Shown here in pieces: positions 37,398 to 46,600 of a stretch of DNA of 49,305 bases (its first letter is position 1; each line of letters begins with the position of its first letter). Location: IMG/VR virus record IMGVR_UViG_3300033067_000179, positions 1-49,305 of that record; one strand, written 5' to 3'. The notes below the pieces were generated by a model. That model did no database searches. It saw only the letters and a program-made list of their open reading frames with translations, and was not told the origin of the DNA. The DNA comes from a virus (lineage: Duplodnaviria > Caudoviricetes). The position numbers and the translations under genes are program-made.

Positions 37398-38120
37398 TTA
37401 ACGCTCGATAGCAGCAAAGATATAGTCCACCGTCATAGTCTTGGCAACAGCTTCACCGTTTTTGAGACCAAACGAAACAGTCAGTTCCGTATTAGGCAGG
37501 TACGTCGAAGAGGCATCAAGAGTCCCTTTATGGACATCATTAATAAAGTACTTAATGCTCGAAAGACCATCATATTCCCAACCAAGGGTGACATAAGTAG
37601 CCGCAGCCATTGTATGAATACCTGTGGCCGAAGTTTGTCCGGTAGTTGTGTCTTTTTGGCAGTAAATAGCCAGCGAGGTCGAACCATCTTCCTTCATGAA
37701 GAAGACACCATCGGTAACACCATCACCAGCCGTAGACGAGAACGGGTCGGTATCCGTAACCATCAGACCAGCATAGAATTCCGATTCAGTGGCATCCGAG
37801 ATTTTAAGACGAGTTTTAAACCAAGCCTTTTTACCAGCGGTGAGCAAGAACGATTCCCCAAGTTTCTGGAAGAAATCCGAGTCATTATCAGCCGCATCGT
37901 TAGTAACGAGGAGTTCGCCAAACGAGCCGTCAGTAAGCGCTTCTGTGGCCGAACCAGCTCCGGCCTCAATAGTTGTAAGGGTCCAGTCTCCGACGTTGTA
38001 CTCGTTAAAGTCGTTCCAGTAAACGTGAAGTTTAGTGGGATCCGGAGCAGGATAGTTAGAAAGAGTTGTGTTGGCATCAGCGGTCGAGATACCAGCAGTA
38101 TAACGAACAGGATTAGGCAT
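37398..38120 (-). CDS. putative capsid-associated (decoration) protein, beta-sandwich
   Basis: directly after MCP; NDF..Y..GDW, ends VDYIFAAIER. Confidence 0.7.
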   Translation of the reverse strand: MPNPVRYTAGISTADANTTLSNYPAPDPTKLHVYWNDFNEYNVGDWTLTTIEAGAGSATEALTDGSFGELLVTNDAADNDSDFFQKLGESFLLTAGKKAWFKTRLKISDATESEFYAGLMVTDTDPFSSTAGDGVTDGVFFMKEDGSTSLAIYCQKDTTTGQTSATGIHTMAAATYVTLGWEYDGLSSIKYFINDVHKGTLDASSTYLPNTELTVSFGLKNGEAVAKTMTVDYIFAAIER

Positions 38121-38144
38121 AGTCACGTTCCTTTTAGTGAGGAA

Positions 38145-38171
38145 CGAGGGGAGCTGTTCAGGCCCCCCTCG
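38145..38171 (-). terminator. GC-rich hairpin after major capsid gene (weak terminator/attenuator)
   Basis: CGAGGGG...CCCCTCG stem; only a short U-tract. Confidence 0.5.
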
Positions 38172-38189
38172 TGATTACAAATTTACTGC

Positions 38190-39095
38190 TTAGGCTCCCG
38201 GCGAACCGAAGAGAGCACGCGGATCAGTCCATCCGAACGAACCACGCCACATAGCTTTGAACTTGGCGTTATCCGTATCGAAGTCATTATCCGTCGAGAA
38301 GTTCAGAGGCGAACGCTCAAAGTACTTCATGCCCGAAGGAGCATTGGTACGAATGAACCACGCATCGGTATCCGTCAGATAATGGTTGACCTTGAGACCC
38401 TCGGGGAACTTACCCTTCACCACGTTAACCGTAAGGTTAGCCGTAAACGGTTCAGTAGTAGTCTTGAGGATTTTCTCGGCCGTAAAGACGAGATCCACAG
38501 GCACAATCAGGCTACGAGGCATGATCGAGATCTTCAGTCCACGGTCGTTTGTGAACTTCATGAGGTCGATACACGCTTGTTCCAACGCCGCTTCCGACAG
38601 GTCGGCAGAGGTCGTCAGTTCGTTAGCCCACGTTCCACCAGCAATATTCGGGTGGTCAGTAGCCAGAAGTTCCTTGGCATCACCACCAGTATAGCTCGAG
38701 TTGAACGCACGGTTGTACACGTTAGCCGCAAGCGTCTCAATCGTTTGATTGAAAGAGAACGCCAGTCCCTTGGCACGCCGTTCTCCGATGATCTCATATT
38801 GGTCATCTTCAAAGGCGTTTTTCGTGATAACGAAACCAGAGGCAAACTCCGCGTGGGTGTAGCGAGTAATGAAACCTTGCTTTTCCGTATCGTAGTTAAT
38901 CCCTTGGCCTTCGCCACGTTGATGGAACAGTCCGAACGAGGACATCCCAACATCTTCTTCAAAAGCCTTACGGCTCTTGTATGTATCGAAGAGGTCGGTA
39001 TACTCTTTCTTGTGCTCCGAATAAGCCTTGCCCCACCATTCATTTACACCGGGCCAGAGGGCTTTTGCAAAAGTACCAGTATTGATAATAGACAT
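38190..39095 (-). CDS. major capsid protein (HK97 fold)
   Basis: AKALWPG, EG..I.YD, P..LIVP.DL...A..IL, NHYLTD.DAWF, FDTDN.KFKA..R.SFGW.DPR; high-expression codon bias. Confidence 0.9.
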   Translation of the reverse strand: MSIINTGTFAKALWPGVNEWWGKAYSEHKKEYTDLFDTYKSRKAFEEDVGMSSFGLFHQRGEGQGINYDTEKQGFITRYTHAEFASGFVITKNAFEDDQYEIIGERRAKGLAFSFNQTIETLAANVYNRAFNSSYTGGDAKELLATDHPNIAGGTWANELTTSADLSEAALEQACIDLMKFTNDRGLKISIMPRSLIVPVDLVFTAEKILKTTTEPFTANLTVNVVKGKFPEGLKVNHYLTDTDAWFIRTNAPSGMKYFERSPLNFSTDNDFDTDNAKFKAMWRGSFGWTDPRALFGSPGA

Positions 39096-39111
39096 TTACC
39101 TGTCCTCCCTA

Positions 39112-39714
39112 TTAAACGCCAGCCACACCACCGCGCAGCGAGTGATCCATAAGCATCACGAGCCACTTGGCGTGTTCACCGTAGTTGTTATCAGGAGTTG
39201 GGTTGAGTCCGATAATACGGAGGTTAAGCCCCGCAGTAGTCGCCTCAGTACTGTTATCCAGTTCCATTCCCGACATACCAGTTGTAGTATTACCCGAACC
39301 CACAACCACGTCAGCGTTGAGACCAACTTCGGCGTTAGTCAGCGCAGTACCACCCGACACCTCTTGAATCTCGAAGAGCAGATTAGGATCATCCGCCACG
39401 AGAGCAATACGGTTAGTGGACGCTGTGCGATAACGCAAAGCAAGGTTCGACGTATCCGGAAGGAAGCCGATAATTACCCCAATCGAAGGATCTCCAGCCG
39501 CCGACTGAATGACGGTCGGCATACCCTCGCAGTTCTGTCCATTCACAAAAACACCCGCCGCACCAGCAGCAGCTCCCGGTTTCACAAGGTCTCCAACAAA
39601 CAGAGCTGTACCATCCGAAGAAGGCACAAGATACTGGTTGCAGGCACCATTGTAGGGAGCACCACTCGCGTAGCGCACAGGGCGGAGGCCCTGTTGACGA
39701 TCAACGTTAGCCAT
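39112..39714 (-). CDS. capsid cement/decoration protein
   Basis: MANVD...GLRPV, F.GDLVK, V.DDP..LFEIQ; AGGAG RBS; upstream of MCP. Confidence 0.7.
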   Translation of the reverse strand: MANVDRQQGLRPVRYASGAPYNGACNQYLVPSSDGTALFVGDLVKPGAAAGAAGVFVNGQNCEGMPTVIQSAAGDPSIGVIIGFLPDTSNLALRYRTASTNRIALVADDPNLLFEIQEVSGGTALTNAEVGLNADVVVGSGNTTTGMSGMELDNSTEATTAGLNLRIIGLNPTPDNNYGEHAKWLVMLMDHSLRGGVAGV

Positions 39715-39760
39715 TGATTTAGTCTCCTAGAAAGGCGTCAGCGGGGTACTTAAAAGCAAA

Positions 39761-40177
39761 CTATCGGCCTAAATGCAGGCCGCCATATTCACCTTCTCGT
39801 TTACCCACTTCACGCATATCAGCCACGGCTGCATCAACCGCGGCTTGTTTGGCGGCTTGGTCCTCATTATAGAAGTCTTTCGGAATTCGCATAAGAACGG
39901 CTACCACCCCATTGCCAACTTTTTTAACATAGGCCGAACCGTATTTGTCCGACGCTTTGTTAACAGAAGGCATCCCAATTTCATGTTCCGATGTAACGAT
40001 TTCATAGCCAGCAAGTTTGAAACGATCAAGACGACCCTCTTCATCATTCACCCAACGGTAAACATAATTCGGATCCTTACCAGCAACAGTCATTACATCA
40101 CGCGGCCCACTAACGGGAATTCTCCGGGGTCTTTCCGGGACAGTCTTTACTTCGTCGGTCTTCTTCACCTTAGTCAT
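39761..40177 (-). CDS. head-module hypothetical protein
   Basis: PNYVYRWVND, GYEIV, VLMRIPK.FY.EDQ. Confidence 0.75.
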   Translation of the reverse strand: MTKVKKTDEVKTVPERPRRIPVSGPRDVMTVAGKDPNYVYRWVNDEEGRLDRFKLAGYEIVTSEHEIGMPSVNKASDKYGSAYVKKVGNGVVAVLMRIPKDFYNEDQAAKQAAVDAAVADMREVGKREGEYGGLHLGR

Positions 40178-40190
40178 TTTTGAGTCTCCC

Positions 40191-41006
40191 TTATCGGACT
40201 TTTTTCAGTTCTGCGATATATTTCTCTTTGGTCATGTGACCCGAGCGAATAAGATCTCGCATAACTTTCTTCTCAATATCGGTCATTTCAAAATCGTCAG
40301 CAGCTTCTTTACGTTGCCGTCCAGATCCATTTCCTCCGGTGGGGCTAGGAGCCTCCCGACGACCTTCAAATTTTTCAGGATACGCTTTACGAATCTTGGC
40401 TTCCACATGGGCAAAGACTTCGGCCTTAGTAGGCTCTTTTCCTTGTCCTTTCATGCGTTGGACATAAGCAATGGCAAATCCATTAGCGTCCGTCTGCATT
40501 TCAGTGTCCGTGGTATACCACTTGTTCTTTTCAGTCCAAGCAGCCACTTCAGGATCCATTCCGACAGATTCCTGAGTTTTGACCTTCTCAAGCTCTTTGG
40601 CTTGTTTTTCAAAGGTCTCTTTCTCTTTGGTAATCTCGTCGTCAATCTGTTCAGCCAATTCATGCTCACCCTCACGGATGGCAAGTCGTTTTTGCGCTTT
40701 TAGCTCATCTAGGGCCTTTTTATGGGCTTGTTCAAAGACAGTTTCGTGATGTTGTGCGAACGCTTTGAGAGCTTGGTCTTGCATCGACACCTTTTTGTTG
40801 AGGGACTTAATCGTAGTCAGTAGTTCACCACGATCAATAAAGTCACGCGCAGAGCGCCACTCATCAGGGTCTCGACCATCCTTTACCCAATCTTCTTTGG
40901 GTTTCCATCCTTGCCCCATTGCAACTTGTTCAGTTTCACTTGGGATATACTCCTTAACTTCTTCAGTAACAACCGGATCAACCGGGTCTTTAACCTCTTC
41001 GGTCAT
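40191..41006 (-). CDS. capsid scaffolding protein
   Basis: GWKPKEDW...W.SA..F, coiled coil, W...N.WY; between portal and MCP. Confidence 0.75.
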   Translation of the reverse strand: MTEEVKDPVDPVVTEEVKEYIPSETEQVAMGQGWKPKEDWVKDGRDPDEWRSARDFIDRGELLTTIKSLNKKVSMQDQALKAFAQHHETVFEQAHKKALDELKAQKRLAIREGEHELAEQIDDEITKEKETFEKQAKELEKVKTQESVGMDPEVAAWTEKNKWYTTDTEMQTDANGFAIAYVQRMKGQGKEPTKAEVFAHVEAKIRKAYPEKFEGRREAPSPTGGNGSGRQRKEAADDFEMTDIEKKVMRDLIRSGHMTKEKYIAELKKVR

Positions 41007-41299
41007 TCTTGTACTCCCTTCAAGATGATATCTTCATCGTTACAGGCAATCATCATTTCTCCGTTGATGTCCATGACTCGAGCACCATATTTGGAGTAGT
41101 ACACTTGATCGCCAACTTTAATTGGGGGTTCATCGTAACCGAATTGCTTAAAGGCACTTTCGCCGATGTAAACAACCTCTCCAATTTCACAATCTACTGC
41201 AATTTTTCGTTTATCGTACGAAATTACAATCCCGCTTTCCGTCTCAGTTTCAATCTGCGGACGGAGAAGAATCCGATACATTATCGGAAGAAACTTCAT
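41003..41299 (-). CDS. groES: co-chaperonin GroES
   Basis: P...RIL, T.SGIV, GEVV.IG..AF, IKVGD.V.YSKYG, NDEDI. Confidence 0.88.
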   Translation of the reverse strand: MKFLPIMYRILLRPQIETETESGIVISYDKRKIAVDCEIGEVVYIGESAFKQFGYDEPPIKVGDQVYYSKYGARVMDINGEMMIACNDEDIILKGVQE

Positions 41300-41489
41300 A
41301 TTCAACCTCCAGAACTTCAGTTAACGCCCTAATAATTCCCACCAGCAACCTGTCGTTGTGGGGGTCCATTCCTGCACTTACGGATAAAATGTCTTTGGCT
41401 TCGTTGATTCGTTCTTGAATCCCCATGAAAACCAATTTAGTGACCCTATCCTCTTTCCAAAGTTGAAACTCTTCTTTAGTAACTGACAT
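41250..41489 (-). CDS. small head-module protein
   Basis: T.EEF..WK...VT pattern; directly after portal. Confidence 0.65.
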   Translation of the reverse strand: MSVTKEEFQLWKEDRVTKLVFMGIQERINEAKDILSVSAGMDPHNDRLLVGIIRALTEVLEVEYEVSSDNVSDSSPSAD

Positions 41490-41493
41490 TTAA

Positions 41494-43620
41494 TTAGGCA
41501 GTTTCCTTTTTCTGTTTATATTGAAATTCCCGATCTTTTCGGGCTTCAGCAGCGGCACTAACCATACTCATCAGGTCAATACCCTGTTGATTCTTTTGGA
41601 GTTGGATGTTATCCGAGTGCTTGTTAATCTCATCAATGCGCGACATTCTCTGGTCGTATGCACTTTGGAATTGAGCAATCTCATCCAGTACCATTTGGTA
41701 TTCTTCCAGAGCCATCCCCTTCTCTTCAGAGGCAGCTTTAGCAACAGCCAGCATAGCTTGGGCTTTGGCAAGAATTTGTTTAGCTTCCGATTCAAGGGCC
41801 ATAAGAGTAACTTTAGCCGATTCAATCTTGAATCGATTATCAATGTCCTTATTCTTGAGAACAACTTCAGGATCAGGCTGAGGCGGCGGCACTTGCAGCA
41901 ACTTCTCAATAGCCGGATATTCTTCTGCTTCCAGAATACGACGTTTAACTTCTTCCCCATTAAGGCCAAGGGCGAGCAGTTGGACCAGACGTGCAGCCTT
42001 CTGCACACGCTCCTGTTGGCTTCCCGAGGCTGGGTCAGCCGACGGGCAGATGTCATAGTTGTCAATATCGTACAGTTGTTTGGCCGGGATCGGTTGTGGA
42101 GAATCAATCATACGTTGAATCTGCTCATCTGTACGGTAAATCTGATTCAAACGATAAATCTTCTTAAGTTCTTTTTCCAAGGCACGGTAGTTACGTTTAT
42201 AGATAGCTGTAAACAGCTTCATACCTTGGTTAACTGTTTCCATCGTAGTAGTAGCTGGAGTATTTTGCCCGGGCATTTTACCCACAAAGATCTCAGCAAC
42301 AGACGCCAGTTTAGTTCCAGATTCCACCAGCATTCCCAGTAATTTAAAAAGAACGTCCGAAGGCTCTCTAACTGGGAGAGGGAAGATCTGTTGTTTCAAG
42401 TCTTGGCCGGTGGCATTAACTTCTTTCCATTCACCGGGCCTGAATCGCAATTGGTCCGATCTTACCCGCAATCCTTTTCCAAGGAAACCCGCTTGTAGGT
42501 TGGACATCGAACCAGCATCAGTCAGTTGGTTAACAATACTATCTACCGCATGGTTCAAAGAGCCAAGCAGAAGACCAAAGCCCACATCATAAAACGAACC
42601 ATCCGGGCTTTGAATGAATGGGAATTTCGTGTAGTACTCAACTGGAGTAATCTTTACGACCTTCTTACCATCCATTTTAATTCCACGGGAGTCCCAACGG
42701 GCCACCATCCGCAGAAGTTTTTTAGTGCTGTAATCTACATAGAAGATGTACGGTTCTTTGTACCCATCTTCATCCAGATCATAAAATCCATGTTGCTCGA
42801 GAATTGTGTGCGGAAGATATTCAGTATCCGTTGGGGCTTCTGTACCAGTCGCTTTAGTAACTGGAGTAAGTTTAGTACGTTGAGGCTCCCCAAGATCCAC
42901 ATCAAGATATTCTTTAAGACGCTTTTTCTCTTCCACTTCATTAGGGAAGATAAAGCACACTTCCGTTTTACGTTGAGCATCCTCAAGCGATTTTGCAAAG
43001 TAATCAACTACCAGATCGAGAGGGTGAACAAAACGGCTACAAACTCGTTGGGTATTGTTATTGTAATACGTCTTTTTAAACGCACAACCAGCAATAGGAA
43101 GTACAAGTAGGAGTTTATCCATCTCATCTTCCCAATCATCCATCTCATACAGAATTTGCCCAGACATGTCTTTTGACACAGCCCGAGCTTTTGCATCCTT
43201 GATCCCTTGTGGGTCAAAACCAACGCCGCGAACGTTTACAACGTTCCCATTCACAGGCACTAAGGCAGGGTATGCCCTAGCCGCAAATTGCATAGCCGCT
43301 GTGGATAACAGCGGATATTTGACGTTACTGGCACCGGGCCACGGATACGTCTTCTGCTCAGAAACTTGAAGGGCCAGTTTAGTCCACTCGGAAAGCTTCT
43401 TTTCCCACGTTTCCCGGGACTTCAGATCTTGCTCAAATCCCCGAACAACCTCTTCTCCAATCTTATCCCGCTTGTCTTGCTTAATATTCTCTGCTACGTT
43501 GGCGAGCGCGAGCATTCCATCCAACGATGGAGCCTCTGCTTTCTCTTCTGCCGGGGAATCCACAGGTTCTTGGATTTCCTCTTCAGTATCCGGTAACGGG
43601 GTCTCTTCCATCGTAGTCAT
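41494..43620 (-). CDS. portal protein
   Basis: D..SR..W, PW.GASNVKYPLL..A.MQF.ARAY, G.AFKK.YY, F....DG.FY..G.G; follows TerL; start uncertain. Confidence 0.9.
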   Translation of the reverse strand: MTTMEETPLPDTEEEIQEPVDSPAEEKAEAPSLDGMLALANVAENIKQDKRDKIGEEVVRGFEQDLKSRETWEKKLSEWTKLALQVSEQKTYPWPGASNVKYPLLSTAAMQFAARAYPALVPVNGNVVNVRGVGFDPQGIKDAKARAVSKDMSGQILYEMDDWEDEMDKLLLVLPIAGCAFKKTYYNNNTQRVCSRFVHPLDLVVDYFAKSLEDAQRKTEVCFIFPNEVEEKKRLKEYLDVDLGEPQRTKLTPVTKATGTEAPTDTEYLPHTILEQHGFYDLDEDGYKEPYIFYVDYSTKKLLRMVARWDSRGIKMDGKKVVKITPVEYYTKFPFIQSPDGSFYDVGFGLLLGSLNHAVDSIVNQLTDAGSMSNLQAGFLGKGLRVRSDQLRFRPGEWKEVNATGQDLKQQIFPLPVREPSDVLFKLLGMLVESGTKLASVAEIFVGKMPGQNTPATTTMETVNQGMKLFTAIYKRNYRALEKELKKIYRLNQIYRTDEQIQRMIDSPQPIPAKQLYDIDNYDICPSADPASGSQQERVQKAARLVQLLALGLNGEEVKRRILEAEEYPAIEKLLQVPPPQPDPEVVLKNKDIDNRFKIESAKVTLMALESEAKQILAKAQAMLAVAKAASEEKGMALEEYQMVLDEIAQFQSAYDQRMSRIDEINKHSDNIQLQKNQQGIDLMSMVSAAAEARKDREFQYKQKKETA

Positions 43621-45097
43621 CATTATACTTTTCAAGCTCCGAGTCTTGTTCCATCACGGAAATCTCTTCCCGAGTTGGAGATTCTACCATTTTGTCAATA
43701 ATTAGACCAAGGTACGCCATTGAGTCCACTTGGTCATCATGTTTGTCTCGCGGAAACCGGCACATTTCTTCTTCGAGAAGTTGATACCAATCCGCTTCTT
43801 TATCAAATTTCACACCACCTGCTCGCATCCGGGCTTGAATTGACCTCGCCCGGGTTAATTTATCTGTCGAGGGCTTAATCATCACTAAATTAGGATACAC
43901 ATTCTGTTTGTGCATCTCCTCATAGACGAACGGGAGGATGGATTTAGAGATGATGTGGTCTTCAACAGCGTGTGCAACTGGTTTATAAAGCTTTTCAAGA
44001 GCTAACAAAGTGTCCGAGATCTGTTTAGCATCCATTCGGTCTCGAATAACGTTCCGAATCTGTAATCTTCCATCCGGATCCATTCCACCAACCGTAAAAA
44101 CCGTCCAGTCTGCCTTCTGTTTCTCCGATACCGCCAAGTCACAAGCAATATAGAAATTCAGGGGCTTCTCTCGATCCTCTTTTTTAATGGGAAGAAAATC
44201 ACTCTTACGGAACAGAGCCGTCGCCTCATCAATTGGACGGTTCAGATACTCTTGGTAGTACACATCCGTAAGGCCCTGCTCTTTGTAGTTCTGGTAAATC
44301 CGTTCTAATTCTGTTTTTGAGTGTTTATCCGGCCACAGAAACTTAGTCTTCTCTTTATTGTGGGCCATGTATTTCACGGCTTTCCAAGAAGACCGCTTAG
44401 GGGTCCAGATCTTTAACTCTTCAAACACAGTCATTTTGTCGTGTTCGGCAGGCATCAGACGCTCCAGTAGGGAATCTAGATGCAGAATAGTACCTACAAT
44501 CCGAACAATGCCGTTTTCTCCACGACACGGAAGAAGGGCACCGTAAAACCACCTACGGAATTTCTCCCGTCTTTCTGGGTTCATGACAATTTCGTCGTTT
44601 TCAAGGTCATCACAGACAATCAAGTCCGGACGTTTAGAACCCCACTTAAGGCCACGAACCTTTTGTTCGGATCCTTTAGCCATTACTCTGAATTGAGCAC
44701 CGTCTTCAAACGCTACAATGATGTCGGTCTCAGAATCTTTAATGAACTTAACTCTATTCTTTTCGTCCTTAGCAATCCCGAAGAGTTGTTGAAGGTCTTC
44801 GTTATCTTCCAGTTCCTTTTTGATGTCTTGCAGGAACAGAACAGCTTGTGTTTCTGTATCCGAGACAATCAAGGCATACTGGCGTTGACGAAACAACAGA
44901 CACGCAAGGGTATAACTATGAGTAATAGCCGTACTCTTTGCATGTCCTCGAGGTGCAGCAATAGCTACAAATCGTTCTGGGGAGGTACACAGCTTCCACC
45001 ACTCTCGGTGGCATTCTGGAATCGGAGCAGGTTGGTCAAACTTCTTTGCCAGTACTGATCCTACAAACCCCTCAATAATTTGTGCATCTAGTTGCAT
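43583..45097 (-). CDS. terL: terminase large subunit
   Basis: Walker A APRGHAKST, Walker B LIVCDDLE, VGTILH, nuclease CDLA...HDDQVD; AGAGGA RBS before ATG 45097. Confidence 0.95.
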   Translation of the reverse strand: MQLDAQIIEGFVGSVLAKKFDQPAPIPECHREWWKLCTSPERFVAIAAPRGHAKSTAITHSYTLACLLFRQRQYALIVSDTETQAVLFLQDIKKELEDNEDLQQLFGIAKDEKNRVKFIKDSETDIIVAFEDGAQFRVMAKGSEQKVRGLKWGSKRPDLIVCDDLENDEIVMNPERREKFRRWFYGALLPCRGENGIVRIVGTILHLDSLLERLMPAEHDKMTVFEELKIWTPKRSSWKAVKYMAHNKEKTKFLWPDKHSKTELERIYQNYKEQGLTDVYYQEYLNRPIDEATALFRKSDFLPIKKEDREKPLNFYIACDLAVSEKQKADWTVFTVGGMDPDGRLQIRNVIRDRMDAKQISDTLLALEKLYKPVAHAVEDHIISKSILPFVYEEMHKQNVYPNLVMIKPSTDKLTRARSIQARMRAGGVKFDKEADWYQLLEEEMCRFPRDKHDDQVDSMAYLGLIIDKMVESPTREEISVMEQDSELEKYNDDYDGRDPVTGY

Positions 45098-45110
45098 ATA
45101 TCCTCTAAAT

Positions 45111-45184
45111 TGGCACGAAGGTAGGGATTTGAACCCCAACGAGCTGTTTTGGAGACAGCCATGCTACCGTTACATCACCCTCAT
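45111..45184 (-). tRNA. trnW: tRNA-Trp(CCA)
   Basis: acceptor ATGAGGG/CCTTCGT plus GCCA; GCTGT-CT-CCA-AA-ACAGC; GGTTCAAATCC. Confidence 0.88.
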
Positions 45185-45186
45185 GT

Positions 45187-45262
45187 TGGAGCAGCCACCC
45201 GGCCACGATCCGGGAACGCCTGCTTGGAAGGCAGGGATTTTGCCTACTTAAACTACAGCCGC
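45187..45262 (-). tRNA. trnG: tRNA-Gly(UCC), atypical T-loop
   Basis: acceptor GCGGCTG/TGGCTGC plus TCCA; CCTGC-CT-TCC-AA-GCAGG; T-arm CCCGG-ATCGTGG-CCGGG. Confidence 0.82.
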
Positions 45263-45273
45263 TTTAATAATTC

Positions 45274-45348
45274 TGGTGCCCCCTGAGAGACTCGAACTCC
45301 CTTCCGCCTGTTTACAAGACAGGGCTTCACCATCAAAGATTAGGAGGC
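45274..45348 (-). tRNA. trnT: tRNA-Thr(UGU), atypical D-arm
   Basis: acceptor GCCTCCT/AGGGGGC plus ACCA; CCTGT-CT-TGT-AA-ACAGG; GTTCGAGTC. Confidence 0.8.
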
Positions 45349-45354
45349 TATGGC

Positions 45355-45615
45355 TTACGCCACGCTTCCTGTTTTAGTTCGCTTAAACGACCTATTCTTT
45401 GCAGCGGAAATAACCCGCCAGTTGGTTCTAAGGTTCGAGCCACCTTTATCAAGGGGCTTAATATGATCTACGTCCATCCCGTCTCCCTTATGTACTTTAC
45501 CAGCTTTCATAAGAGTCGCCCGGGCTTTATTACGGAGTACTCGACGTTTGATAATCGAGGAACGTCCTTGGTATTTATCATACTCGCGGCGATAATCCCG
45601 CTTACCATCTTTCAT
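45355..45615 (-). CDS. small HNH endonuclease
   Basis: DVDHIKPLDKGGSN...N.RV.....NRS. Confidence 0.85.
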   Translation of the reverse strand: MKDGKRDYRREYDKYQGRSSIIKRRVLRNKARATLMKAGKVHKGDGMDVDHIKPLDKGGSNLRTNWRVISAAKNRSFKRTKTGSVA

Positions 45616-46100
45616 GTAAGGGATTTTGTCATCTCCTTGTTACCCTTTGATAAATTTAGAACTGCGGGGATAACTCGCAAATTATTCCAAACATGTAGTC
45701 CACAAACATTCTCACCATTTAATGGGATAATGTGATCTATATGCCATTTAAACCCTGTGCATTTTTCTCTTTGTCTAGCTAGGCAGTAAGCTTCTTGAAA
45801 AACAAAGGAAGTTAATTCATCGTGTCTAGAGGCAACTTTAGTTCTTTTATGTCTTTCTAAAACCCTAAAATTCCGCTTTTGTCTTTGTTCTGGAGACCAG
45901 TTTTGATATGATTTTTTATTTAAAGTTCTCCAATATTCTCGATTATTTTTTTGATGATTTTTTGTTTCTTGAAATTCACAATCTCGACAACGAGAAATTA
46001 AAATTGTTTTAGGAACTTTATTCCAAGTAGTAATGCGCTGCCTAAATAACCCTGTTTTTTTACATTTAGTACATAATTTATCACTGTAAATGTACGGCAT
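45612..46100 (-). CDS. HNH homing endonuclease with N-terminal Zn finger, AT-rich
   Basis: CTKC...CRDC; WHIDHIIPLNGENVCGLHVWNNL.VI....N..K.N. Confidence 0.88.
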   Translation of the reverse strand: MPYIYSDKLCTKCKKTGLFRQRITTWNKVPKTILISRCRDCEFQETKNHQKNNREYWRTLNKKSYQNWSPEQRQKRNFRVLERHKRTKVASRHDELTSFVFQEAYCLARQREKCTGFKWHIDHIIPLNGENVCGLHVWNNLRVIPAVLNLSKGNKEMTKSLT

Positions 46101-46600
46101 TATTGGGCCTCGAGTTGAACAGGGCCGATTACTTCCCCTGCCACTACTTTCTCTTCCCTAGCTTTAGTCAAGGCCGAGAATTGTTCCGCAAGCTTTGCCA
46201 GCCTGTCTCCGATAGCCTCTTTGCTCGAGATCGAAGTTGGTTTTCCACGGAGGAGGTTTCGTCGATTAATAATTTCAGTAGTAACTTTAGCAGCATCTTT
46301 CATGTACACAGGACGACGTTTAAAATCTCCTGATTTGGGGTCAAACATGAAATCCCCACGTTCCAGACGGTCTAGAATTACTTCTGTCGATTTGTCAATT
46401 AATTTAGATAATTTCCCATCAAGGGCATGGTCTTCTTCGCGTTGGATCTCATCAACAAGATCTTTGTACCACTCCCGGGTACGCCAATCTCGGATTGTCT
46501 CAAGCGGAATTCCAGTAGCCGCAGCAATCATTGGGGCCTTTAGGCCCATTGCATCAGCGGTAGCAGCTTCTACACGCTTCTGGTCAGACCAAGCTTTCAC
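46100..46600 (-). CDS. terS: terminase small subunit
   Basis: N-terminal HTH (IAAATGIPLETIRDW), helical oligomerisation region, upstream of TerL. Confidence 0.7.
   Translation of the reverse strand: MKAWSDQKRVEAATADAMGLKAPMIAAATGIPLETIRDWRTREWYKDLVDEIQREEDHALDGKLSKLIDKSTEVILDRLERGDFMFDPKSGDFKRRPVYMKDAAKVTTEIINRRNLLRGKPTSISSKEAIGDRLAKLAEQFSALTKAREEKVVAGEVIGPVQLEAQ

Noticed and set aside
38170-38200. T7 10B-like frameshift or readthrough extension of the capsid protein
   Set aside because: No slippery heptamer seen, and a second in-frame TAA follows within five codons
37530-43110. Long + strand ORFs antisense to capsid, cement and portal genes
   Set aside because: Mirror frames of strongly biased real genes; no RBS or motifs
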